Positions 1-7,415 are shown, numbered from the stretch's first letter. The stretch: DNA of 20,000 nucleotides from an uncultured virus (IMG/VR IMGVR_UViG_3300026185_000029) (IMGVR_UViG_3300026185_000029); one strand, 5' to 3'. Notes: generated by a model not told the origin, from the letters alone. Translations and numbers: made by a program.

Positions 1-1
1 A

Positions 2-274
2 GATTATATCGAAGCACCTTCTAAGGATGAACTAAGACGCATTCTTAGCTTTATTGAAGAGAAGGGAGCTACTGGTTGGGATGAATTATTAGATGCTGGT
101 TTTGAATATCAGCATTTAGTCTGGGTGTATAACTCTTATATCATTGAGACTATCAGAGCTATGGATCCCACTATTGTCATAAGAAAAGGTATTGGAGATC
201 TAGACGAGGTAGTAGAAGAGTACTACGATAGTATCGTAGAAAGGATTTCGAAAGAGTTTAAAGAATACTCTTAG
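2..274 (+). CDS. 3' end of a hypothetical protein (5'-truncated by window edge)
   Basis: Frame 2 is open from base 2 (DYIEAPSKDELRRILSF...ISKEFKEYS) to TAG at 272-274. Not in the ORF track. Confidence 0.75.
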   Translation, partial: DYIEAPSKDELRRILSFIEEKGATGWDELLDAGFEYQHLVWVYNSYIIETIRAMDPTIVIRKGIGDLDEVVEEYYDSIVERISKEFKEYS

Positions 275-276
275 TT

Positions 277-334
277 AATAGTAGGTATCGATGTTACTTA
301 GTTATTAGTAGTTAAGAAATATCAGCTACCTATT
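277..334 (+). ncRNA. Candidate small structured RNA or hairpin
   Basis: TAGGTA(282-287)/TACCTA(327-332) and GATGTT(290-295)/AATATC(318-323) form a two-stem hairpin right after the upstream stop codon. Confidence 0.3.
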
Positions 335-369
335 CCTGTTAACTGAGCAGGAAACATAAAAGGTATATT

Positions 370-436
370 AAGAAAGCTAAAAGGAGTTCCTATACTTTTA
401 AGATTTAAAACTTAAAACTTACTCCTCAGCTTTCTT
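370..436 (+). ncRNA. Structured RNA motif A, copy 1
   Basis: Outer stem AAGAAAGCT/AGCTTTCTT, AAA opposite a single C, inner stem AGGAGT/ACTCCT, loop starting TCCTA and ending ACTT. Confidence 0.7.
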
Positions 437-465
437 GTTTTTCATGTTTTTGTTAAAGTTCAATC

Positions 466-501
466 ACTATTGAGCCTATGTATTTATATAGGCTCAATAG
501 T
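466..501 (+). repeat. 16-bp inverted repeat (hairpin) just upstream of the tRNA
   Basis: ACTATTGAGCCTATGT-ATTT-ATATAGGCTCAATAGT; one G.U pair in + sense. Confidence 0.8.
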
Positions 502-505
502 TTAT

Positions 506-578
506 CCCCTAGTAGCTCAGTGGTTAGAGCGCCCAACTCATAATTGGGATGTCGAGTGTTCAATTCACTCCTGGGGGA
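506..578 (+). tRNA. tRNA with CAT anticodon, probably tRNA-Ile2 (lysidine type); elongator Met not excluded
   Basis: Acceptor CCCCTAG/CTGGGGG; D-arm GCTC-AGTGGTTA-GAGC; anticodon arm CCCAA-CTCATAA-TTGGG; T-arm GAGTG-TTCAATT-CACTC; discriminator A578; no encoded CCA. Has C4:G69 and lacks the initiator G29-G31:C39-C41 pairs. Confidence 0.95.
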
Positions 579-657
579 CTTTCAATTACTCGAATGGAGA
601 TTCTGTTCTTATCAATCTATCAAGTCCCCAATCTTTATTAAGGAAATTTTAACTAAA

Positions 658-1056
658 ATGGAAGTCAGTCAAATGAATGATATTGAATTATTAAAAGCTT
701 ATACTGCAGAGCGTGCTTGTGGAGATATTCATGGACGAGGTTCTTTTAGTGTAAGGTACGAAACTGAGTTATTAGAAGAAATAATCTCTCGTGGATTAGG
801 AAACAAAACTATTTGGTGCGTTCTTAATAAAGAAGCGACTGGCACGATAACCTATTTGCAGAGTGATATAGAAACAGAGAGGGTTTATTCTAAAGGTACT
901 TACGTACAAGTAGAGTTACGTGACCCTAAAATCTGTCTTGATGAGGACGGGGATGGTTTCATAAATTTTAAGAAAGAGGACTTAGAAGAAGTGTTAGTTG
1001 ATATTGACGATCCCCCTTCCGATTGGAATGGGGAGACTGCTCTGTTTCAAGGCTAA
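658..1056 (+). CDS. Hypothetical acidic protein
   Basis: The ORF-track start (544) lies inside the tRNA. ATG at 658, preceded by AAGGA, is the more plausible start (MEVSQMNDIELL...). Confidence 0.7.
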   Translation: MEVSQMNDIELLKAYTAERACGDIHGRGSFSVRYETELLEEIISRGLGNKTIWCVLNKEATGTITYLQSDIETERVYSKGTYVQVELRDPKICLDEDGDGFINFKKEDLEEVLVDIDDPPSDWNGETALFQG

Positions 1057-1073
1057 ATTCTAAAGTTATTACT

Positions 1074-1137
1074 GCATAGAAGCTAAAAGGAGTTCCTATA
1101 CTTTTAAGATTTAAAACTTACTCCTCAGCTTCTTTGT
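1074..1137 (+). ncRNA. Structured RNA motif A, copy 2
   Basis: Core nearly identical to copy 1 (lacks one 7-nt TAAAACT repeat). Outer stem AGAAGCT/AGCTTCT differs from copy 1 but still pairs. Confidence 0.7.
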
Positions 1138-1163
1138 GAATACCTAATCTTTGTTGTTTATTT

Positions 1164-1202
1164 ATCAAGTCTATATGAGATTAATTTTTATATAGACTTG
1201 AT
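1164..1202 (+). repeat. 17-bp inverted repeat (hairpin)
   Basis: ATCAAGTCTATATGAGA-TTAAT-TTTTATATAGACTTGAT; two G.U pairs in + sense. Confidence 0.8.
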
Positions 1203-1217
1203 TTGTTATTACTACTT

Positions 1218-1448
1218 ATGCCCAATTACCAAGACATTAATCTTATATACGCTGAGACCGATATATCTTATTCTCAATTTATTATCGATACAGTAGAAGA
1301 AGTTTATCTAGATATAAAAGATTGGAATAGAGATGCCCTCCTTAGTAGGATATATTATCTTAATAATGTTTTAGAGATAATGGTGCCAGGAAAGGATAAG
1401 CAATTACTTATTCGTCTTATATCCGCATTAGAACCTCAAAAGAATTAA
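1218..1448 (+). CDS. Hypothetical protein
   Basis: ORF 1203..1448; ATG at 1218 (MPNYQDIN...) preferred over TTG at 1203. Confidence 0.6.
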   Translation: MPNYQDINLIYAETDISYSQFIIDTVEEVYLDIKDWNRDALLSRIYYLNNVLEIMVPGKDKQLLIRLISALEPQKN

Positions 1449-1485
1449 TGGAGATGTCGAATCTTCAATTCACTCCTGGAGGACT
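1446..1485 (+). pseudogene. Degenerate copy of the tRNA 3' half
   Basis: 35/40 identical to 541-580 (anticodon loop to past the discriminator). Two of the changes break the T-stem. Confidence 0.8.
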
Positions 1486-1495
1486 AAAAGTTTAG

Positions 1496-1792
1496 TTGAA
1501 TATATTAAAGATTATGGATAGTCAAACAGATTTTACCATTGAGAGAAATGATGGACTTATAGTACTTTTTGTAAATAGTGATCTACCTCCTCATGAAATA
1601 ATTCCTCTTGATGCTTATATCTACAAGGGTGGGGATACGGTTCTTAGGTTATGTGAGGTTGTATATCTTCAAGAAGGGAAAATAAAACATAAAGTATTGA
1701 GGCTTATCCCTTTTAATATTAAGCCAGGGGCACATTCAAATATTAAACTTGTTTGTGATAGTCAAAAACCGTTATTTCAATTTATCCAGTAA
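1496..1792 (+). CDS. Hypothetical protein
   Basis: 98-aa ORF. TTG start downstream of GGAGG (1478-1482); alternative ATG at 1514. Confidence 0.6.
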   Translation: MNILKIMDSQTDFTIERNDGLIVLFVNSDLPPHEIIPLDAYIYKGGDTVLRLCEVVYLQEGKIKHKVLRLIPFNIKPGAHSNIKLVCDSQKPLFQFIQ

Positions 1793-1808
1793 ATACATTT
1801 GCTAAGGA

Positions 1809-1857
1809 AGGTCTCTAACAGCACTCTAATTCTCATTGAATATATAAATTGAGGTCT
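1809..1857 (+). ncRNA. Candidate motif B (stem-ACAGC), copy 1
   Basis: AGGTCTC/GAGGTCT stem (two G.U pairs) followed directly by TAACAGCA; intergenic. Confidence 0.35.
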
Positions 1858-1915
1858 ATTTAAACGTAGTTATCAATTACTTATCTTATCAATAGATTTT
1901 GGGTCTGTATCTTTA

Positions 1916-3877
1916 TTAAGATAAATGGGCCCCTACTAACTTGATACTTCTTCCTAATCTGGGGATGCAATATTCATCTACTGCCTTTTGCATCTCCTCT
2001 ACTACATTGTCTTCTAAGGCTTTTATGGTTAACCCATCATGTTGCCATAAGATCGGTACATACGAGTGATGGGTCTTAATTATCATATAGGAGATTATAG
2101 ATACTTCTATAGATTGCAGGATGCCCGCTATTACTGTTAACATATTCCCTTCATCCTTTTTCATAACACCAGTCTTCTTATCTCTTCCTAGATTACGGAA
2201 CTTACGGGCGACAATCTGTTCCCCTGTAGGTAAGGTGATACGTTTCCCATCAAACTCCTTAGTTAACCATCTGAATAAACTTCTTACTTCTCTATAGAAC
2301 GGACTTGATATAAATACTTTCACAATTGCTTCATATTCCTCCTTGGAGAGAACTGAATCAGGATGGTGGTTGTTATATGTATTGACCGCTTTTTGATACG
2401 CTTTCGTACCTCCTCCTAAGAATGTTGCATGATGCATCGCTTTAATTAAACTTTTATGGAACTTGACTCCCGCTTCCTTATATAGCTCTTCATATGCAGA
2501 CCATAAGGATCCTTTAGAAAGATGAGCCTCTAGACTGGGTAGCTTGTCACCCCATAAGGCTAGGGCAATTTGAGCATGACAATTCTCTAAATCGACATCC
2601 ATGAACCCTAGCCCTTCCATCGCATGTAACCTCATCTCTTTACGACAATAGAATAAGTTATCTACTCCTTGTCCATATACTCTAGGACTGACTTTACTAA
2701 GGGTCTTATAAAGGAAAGGTAAAGCTCCTTTGCTATTCATAACAGAGAGTTGACGAGAATCTAAATCGTCAGAAGGAACATAGCTTAAGAGATTTAAGCC
2801 TAAGGCTTCATTGAAGGTGGATAGGTAAGACGCATGATCGGCGGAGAGGATTAAGGAGGCTTGATGGCGCAAGGCAGAAGGACTTAAGGTGGTGGGGCCT
2901 ATAGGGGAAGGGTGAGTAGTAGAGGATTCATAGTTGGAATCAGTGGATAAGGTTTGGGATTGGGTATTAGGAGTATTATTAGTGGTATTGGTCTTACCCA
3001 TATCACTAATATCCTTATTCATATCCATCTCCTCATCTCCTATAGTTCCGTCTTCTTGTTCTATGCCAAATCCCCTTACTGTATAGTCCTTTATCTTATG
3101 ACCTTCTTTAATCAACTTACCCACCAGCATGTTGAATGCTTTCTCTCTCCTTTCTGGTTGTATACCCGGTATAAACTTCCTAATTGCATCTCTTAGATCC
3201 TGTTGAGTTATGCTTACATCCGTTCTGCGTTTAATATCATTAACCACTTCTACGGCTCTTTTCTGGTCTTTTAATGCCTGATAGGAAGTCGCTTCTAGAT
3301 TTGCTTCTAACTGGCAGTTCTCTTGAAGTGTTGGGTTGTTAGGATAAAAGTTCTTTATCTTGACTTTAACGATGAAAGTTTCATCAATCTCGTCATATAA
3401 AGTAAAGATATTAGTGGTTATAATCTTATAGATAGCATCTGCAATGTAGCGACTCAAACCTTTTGTTTTCCTGACTTTAGCTTCTGCTGCTATATTTCTC
3501 TTATAGTTTGGCTTACTAATTTCGGCTAATACACCTTGTCCTTTAAGGTCTTGTAGGAATTGAGTAGATCTAAACTTACTCCCACTATGCAAAGTCTTTC
3601 CTTCTGATATCTTATAAGCTAATTCTGCTGGCATTATAGACCCACCATTTCTATCACTAAATGTGCTAATATTATACTTAAGAGCATCTGATTTAGATAA
3701 ACCTTTTTGATTCCACATTATATTAAGGAGAGGGAAGTGAGTAGTATAACCAGCAACAGCTTGTGAACGCTCTTTATAAGGTTTAGTTTTAGGAACTATA
3801 TAACCATTATGAATTTCTCTTTTTATAATAGGAGTCTTAAAAGATTTATCGTTAGTATGTTCTGTTCTGATTTTCAT
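1916..3877 (-). CDS. Divergent superfamily-A nucleic acid polymerase (TV-Pol-like) with unknown N-terminal region
   Basis: C-terminal part has PRVYG...RKEMR, motif A DVDLENCHAQI, motif B KAMHHATFLGGG, LQSIEVSII and motif C LWQHDGL in the expected order. ATG at 3877 or TTG at 3889. Confidence 0.7.
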   Translation of the reverse strand: MKIRTEHTNDKSFKTPIIKREIHNGYIVPKTKPYKERSQAVAGYTTHFPLLNIMWNQKGLSKSDALKYNISTFSDRNGGSIMPAELAYKISEGKTLHSGSKFRSTQFLQDLKGQGVLAEISKPNYKRNIAAEAKVRKTKGLSRYIADAIYKIITTNIFTLYDEIDETFIVKVKIKNFYPNNPTLQENCQLEANLEATSYQALKDQKRAVEVVNDIKRRTDVSITQQDLRDAIRKFIPGIQPERREKAFNMLVGKLIKEGHKIKDYTVRGFGIEQEDGTIGDEEMDMNKDISDMGKTNTTNNTPNTQSQTLSTDSNYESSTTHPSPIGPTTLSPSALRHQASLILSADHASYLSTFNEALGLNLLSYVPSDDLDSRQLSVMNSKGALPFLYKTLSKVSPRVYGQGVDNLFYCRKEMRLHAMEGLGFMDVDLENCHAQIALALWGDKLPSLEAHLSKGSLWSAYEELYKEAGVKFHKSLIKAMHHATFLGGGTKAYQKAVNTYNNHHPDSVLSKEEYEAIVKVFISSPFYREVRSLFRWLTKEFDGKRITLPTGEQIVARKFRNLGRDKKTGVMKKDEGNMLTVIAGILQSIEVSIISYMIIKTHHSYVPILWQHDGLTIKALEDNVVEEMQKAVDEYCIPRLGRSIKLVGAHLS

Positions 3878-4005
3878 ATTTAATGTCAATGAGAGATTGA
3901 TTTGTCTCTTTGATGTTTACACCCCTTATTTTAACAGATAATAGTCTGAAAAGAATAAGGGATTTTTCTTATAATTATTAAAGTTAACTAAAACAATTCA
4001 AATGA

Positions 4006-4341
4006 ATGATAACCCTCTTAAAATCCTTTTTAACTATATTAATAGCAGCAGTAATGGTGTTAGGGGAAGGGATAGGGAAAGAAGTATTAGGAGAGATTGA
4101 GACTCTTATCTTTAATATAGTGACAGAGGATAATCAACCTATACCATGCACTGCTGATAGAGGAGTTGATGGGCAAGTAAGAATGTATGTTTATCGACTA
4201 AATAATGAACAAGTAGAAAGGTTCATTGCTTGTGGCAATGAGATTGGAACATATCCAACGGTTCATTATAGTGATCTGAATCAACAACAGAAAGATTCAG
4301 TAAACTACCATATACTTCCACGTATATTTATAGAGAACTGA
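4006..4341 (+). CDS. Exported two-Cys protein, paralog 1
   Basis: Hydrophobic N-terminus; PIPC...GQV..YVY...C...YSDLNQQQKDSV shared with 8569..8886 and 9492..9800. Confidence 0.7.
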   Translation: MITLLKSFLTILIAAVMVLGEGIGKEVLGEIETLIFNIVTEDNQPIPCTADRGVDGQVRMYVYRLNNEQVERFIACGNEIGTYPTVHYSDLNQQQKDSVNYHILPRIFIEN

Positions 4342-4348
4342 GAAAAAG

Positions 4349-4378
4349 AAGTCGTATTTATTTACACAGATACGATTT
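4349..4378 (+). promoter_or_regulatory. Hairpin upstream of the 615-aa gene
   Basis: AAGTCGTATTT-ATTTACAC-AGATACGATTT; 11 bp with two G.U pairs. Confidence 0.4.
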
Positions 4379-4422
4379 AGAAAGTTTTTATTTATAATCA
4401 ATTATTTATTTATTTATTTACC

Positions 4423-4472
4423 TAGAAGGTAAAAGGAGTTCAATATGAATTTGCAATCACTTCTCACCTCTA
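4423..4472 (+). promoter_or_regulatory. Motif A copy 3, enclosing the SD and start codon of the 615-aa gene
   Basis: AGGT/ACCT outer stem, AAA opposite C4465, AGGAGT/ACTTCT inner stem. The SD (AGGAG) is paired and ATG 4445 lies in the loop. Confidence 0.6.
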
Positions 4473-6292
4473 ACAAAGAATTCACTAACGCCTGTTTAGC
4501 ATTATTTCAAGCATTACCTGAGCGAGTAGGTCAAGCGAAGCAAACTAAGATCTTACCTGAACAAGGATTAATCTTAGTATCTTCTAATATTGAATTATTA
4601 GAAGAATGGGTAAAAGAGAATGTTCTATCAGGTCATCAACTAAATAAAACCTTTCACAAGAGTTGGGGTTTAATTAAGGATAGTTCTAATGAAACATTAT
4701 TAGTTCAACAAATCCTTCATTACTTCTCCACTTACGGGCTTGAGTCTTTAGGATTAGAAGAACAGATTTGGATTCCTGCTGAGGAGTTAGAGATTCCTGA
4801 GCGATTAAAGTACCGAGTAATCAAAGATAGAGAAATAGAAGAAATCATTAACCGTTGTAAAGAGATGTTAGCTTCAGGCACTGCTCTTAAGGAATCTACA
4901 GTATTTAATATTGTAGAAGTACTTAAAGGATTAGAAGTTGACTTAGCCTCTTTAGAAGTTAACAATAAAGAAGCTCAGGTACTGGTAGTAGAAGCAACAG
5001 GTGATCTTCCTAATAAGGAGGATGAATTATTCCGTTACCTGTTCTATAAAGCTACTGGTGGTTTATTAATGGTTATTAAAAATAAGGCTTCCTATAGTCT
5101 TATTATTAATAATGGATATGAGTTACCAGAATTAACAGAGGAGCAGATCTTAGAGTTAGCTAAAGGATTTAACCGTCGTAAGCAATTATGGATGTCCTTC
5201 AAAAAAGCCAATAAGGGAAATATTAGTTTAGTCAATCGTATTGCGAAGAAGTCTAAAAAGGTCCATAGACCTATGCAGCCCGATGTGCTCAATACGTTAA
5301 CTAGTAAAAAATGGCCTATATCTCTTGTTGAAAAGGAAGCTAATAAGGCAGCTATTCCTCGATTAATCAAAGCCGTCAATGCTTTAAGATTCTATCAACG
5401 AGATGATCGTAATAGAGTCTATAGAGTGAGAAATGGTAAAGCCTTTACTAAAGAGCGGATTAGCAAGCAGCCCTCTTCATTAATGGCTTTATATGAAACA
5501 ACTCTACTCCAGGCATTAAAAGAAAAGCTTGGTATGAGAGTTGTTAAAGCGCCTAATAATATTTCTCTTAAGATCCCAAGTTCTGAAAAGAACTTTATGG
5601 GGCCCATTCCGTTTGGTAGTTCTTTAACTATCGAGATGGATAGGGGGAAGAAGCTATTAGTAGGTATTCATTGGGACTTTTACAACGGTGACTTAGATTT
5701 AAGGGCTGACTCCCGAAATCATTCAGTAGCTTGGAATAAGAGCTACAAGATAGATGAGAATGGTAACACTATTTATCATTCAGGAGATCTTGTTAGAGGA
5801 CCAGCTACAGAATGGCTATGCTTCACTCAAATCAATGAAGTCTTCAGACTTGATGTAAACGGCTATCATAATGCGGAGGAAGGGGCAGCCTTCAAGATGA
5901 TAGTTGGTCTAGTAGAGAAAGGGCCTATGCCCGATGATAAGGACCAAAATTACATTATCAATCCAGATGATGTTATTCTTGAGTTAGATGTAGAGCTCTT
6001 ATCAAAAGGGACTACTATTGGATTCATTAAGCCTTCCACTAATGATGAAGGACAAAGTTGTATGACTTTGACTTTAGGAAGTGGAGGAATGAATAACCAA
6101 GCAGTAGGAGGAGGTAAAGGTGATTTAGCAATTATTGCTGAGAAGGCAATGGTGAATAGTACCGTGGCTATGTTAGGTTTACCAGATATCTTTACGTTGA
6201 CCAATTCTGGTTCATCGGGAGAGGGTTATGTAGATTTATCAGAAGACCTGACAGCTGATAAGGTATTATCGCTAATCAGTGCTAATGGATAA
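4445..6292 (+). CDS. 615-aa protein: predicted helical (possibly Ro/TROVE-like) N-terminal region plus C-terminal TerD-like domain
   Basis: TerD-like motifs GIHW...DLDLRAD, HSGD, ATEW, VNGY. N-terminal block FHKSW...QQILHYFSTYG. Strong SD. The Ro-like assignment is an inference. Confidence 0.6.
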   Translation: MNLQSLLTSNKEFTNACLALFQALPERVGQAKQTKILPEQGLILVSSNIELLEEWVKENVLSGHQLNKTFHKSWGLIKDSSNETLLVQQILHYFSTYGLESLGLEEQIWIPAEELEIPERLKYRVIKDREIEEIINRCKEMLASGTALKESTVFNIVEVLKGLEVDLASLEVNNKEAQVLVVEATGDLPNKEDELFRYLFYKATGGLLMVIKNKASYSLIINNGYELPELTEEQILELAKGFNRRKQLWMSFKKANKGNISLVNRIAKKSKKVHRPMQPDVLNTLTSKKWPISLVEKEANKAAIPRLIKAVNALRFYQRDDRNRVYRVRNGKAFTKERISKQPSSLMALYETTLLQALKEKLGMRVVKAPNNISLKIPSSEKNFMGPIPFGSSLTIEMDRGKKLLVGIHWDFYNGDLDLRADSRNHSVAWNKSYKIDENGNTIYHSGDLVRGPATEWLCFTQINEVFRLDVNGYHNAEEGAAFKMIVGLVEKGPMPDDKDQNYIINPDDVILELDVELLSKGTTIGFIKPSTNDEGQSCMTLTLGSGGMNNQAVGGGKGDLAIIAEKAMVNSTVAMLGLPDIFTLTNSGSSGEGYVDLSEDLTADKVLSLISANG

Positions 6293-6295
6293 AAT

Positions 6296-6357
6296 ACAAA
6301 TAGGCAAAGGGAGTTCCTAATATTTTTATTGGAATAACTTACTCCCCGCCTATTTGT
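6296..6357 (+). ncRNA. Structured RNA motif A, copy 4
   Basis: ACAAATAGGC/GCCTATTTGT outer stem, AAA/C, GGGAGT/ACTCCC inner stem, TCCTA...ACTT; separated from the 615-aa stop codon by 3 nt. Confidence 0.7.
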
Positions 6358-6398
6358 TCTTAAAAGTTAAAAGGAAGATAATGAGAGTATAGATAAAA

Positions 6399-6465
6399 AG
6401 AGTATAGATAAAAAGAGTTCCTATTTATAAGAACAATAAATTACCTTACTCTTCATCTGTACTTT
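6399..6465 (+). ncRNA. Structured RNA motif A, copy 5
   Basis: AGAGTATAGAT/ATCTGTACTTT outer stem, AAA/C, AAGAGT/ACTCTT inner stem, TCCTA...CCTT; 15-nt tandem duplication AGAGTATAGATAAAA at 6384-6413. Confidence 0.65.
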
Positions 6466-6498
6466 AATACACTTATAAATCTTCCTAATAACTTCTAA

Positions 6499-6654
6499 GA
6501 GGGATAGAAAGTAAGAGGCAATTATTATTCTTAGGATCAATATAGAGAGTACAAAATCTACTCCCTGTAGATGTACTTTCATTTACATTGACCCGAATCA
6601 ATTTTGTCCATTTGAGAGATAATAATTATACTCTTACTATTCTTCCTATTCTTT
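6499..6654 (+). ncRNA. Candidate ~155-nt rod-like structured RNA
   Basis: Nested pairings AGTAAGAG/CTCTTACT, AATTATTAT/ATAATAATT, TCAAT/ATTGA, GAGAGTAC/GTACTTTC and ATCTAC/GTAGAT in an intergenic gap. Confidence 0.45.
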
Positions 6655-6672
6655 ATCTAACAAGTAAAATAA

Positions 6673-6864
6673 GTGAGTAAATTAAATATGAATACAGGTA
6701 CCGTACAACGAGTAAAAGATCTAGCTTATAAGAAAGGTCATAGGACTGGAGCTAAAAGTAAACTAGGAGAAGAAGCGAAGTGTCCTTACATTACTTCTTG
6801 GGTAAGCCTTAGATGGATGGATGGATACGAGGAAGGACAATATGAAGTTGCAGCTGCTAATTAA
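6673..6864 (+). CDS. Rmf/CrpP-fold (ribosome modulation factor-like) small protein
   Basis: AYKKGHRTG...CPY...WMDGYEEG matches the Rmf pattern AxxxGYxAG...CPY...WLxGWxE. Start GTG 6673 or ATG 6688. Confidence 0.6.
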   Translation: MSKLNMNTGTVQRVKDLAYKKGHRTGAKSKLGEEAKCPYITSWVSLRWMDGYEEGQYEVAAAN

Positions 6865-7042
6865 TCTCTTCAACCTTAAGGTAACAGGATTAGACGGAGA
6901 AGGTTTACCGTATGATCCTGAAGCTGATTTAGTAGACCTAGGGTATGGCGTATATCCTTTAGGAAAGATTAGGACTAACTTCAAAGTTAGGTTTATTCAT
7001 ACTCTATTGATCTTAGAGAGTAGATTTTTACGTCGAAAGTAG
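6842..7042 (+). CDS. Hypothetical protein
   Basis: ATG 6842 after GAGGAAGGA; short overlap with the previous gene. Confidence 0.5.
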   Translation: MKLQLLINLFNLKVTGLDGEGLPYDPEADLVDLGYGVYPLGKIRTNFKVRFIHTLLILESRFLRRK

Positions 7043-7070
7043 GTAAGTACAAAGGAAAGAGAGAGAGGCT

Positions 7071-7379
7071 ATGAAAGTATTAATCAATACGTTAGCAGGA
7101 GGATTTAATCCTTCTGACAAGTTGTTAAGTCGGTATAAAGAACTAGGAGGAAAGGTATATTATTTCCCGAATCTGATGGGAAAGAAATACTTTCTAGAGA
7201 TGAGCGAGGGATTGAGAAGAGATCCGACTCTCATTAAATTAGTTGAGCAGTTAGGTGCCGAAGCAAATGGTCCATACTGCGAATTAGAGGTAGTAGAAGT
7301 ACCCTCTAATGTTTACAAAATTAGAGCAGACGAAGATGGCTCTGAATTCGTTGATTATTTAGCAGCGATTGAGCATTGA
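7071..7379 (+). CDS. Conserved phage-type hypothetical protein
   Basis: MKVLIN..GGF..S and RxDPxLIxLVEQLGxEANG...LEVVEVP resemble a family I recall from large phages. SD GAGG. Confidence 0.75.
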   Translation: MKVLINTLAGGFNPSDKLLSRYKELGGKVYYFPNLMGKKYFLEMSEGLRRDPTLIKLVEQLGAEANGPYCELEVVEVPSNVYKIRADEDGSEFVDYLAAIEH

Positions 7380-7391
7380 TAATAACTAATA

Positions 7392-7415
7392 GCCCCACTC
7401 TTTAAAGGGTGGGGT
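7392..7415. repeat. GC-rich hairpin (terminator-like or IS200/IS605-end-like)
   Basis: GCCCCACTCT-TTAA-AGGGTGGGGT followed by CAC; no U-tract. Confidence 0.5.

Noticed and set aside
470..652. 60-aa ORF and the 5' extension of ORF 544..1056
   Set aside because: They overlap the hairpin and tRNA; spurious.
2954..3196. + strand ORF inside the polymerase gene
   Set aside because: Antisense shadow of a motif-bearing gene.
1916..3889. Reverse transcriptase or retron reading of the polymerase
   Set aside because: No YxDD motif; the motifs are superfamily-A type.
4732..6204. Four minus-strand ORFs inside the 615-aa gene
   Set aside because: Antisense shadows with no motifs. The same applies to 6763..6984, 8234..8437, 11245..11514, 11773..12000 and 16143..16367.
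370..6465. Motif A as CRISPR repeats or simple terminators
   Set aside because: The copies are dispersed, with no regular spacers and no cas genes. The conserved internal loop and the copy over a start codon do not fit plain terminators, although read-through termination at some copies cannot be excluded.
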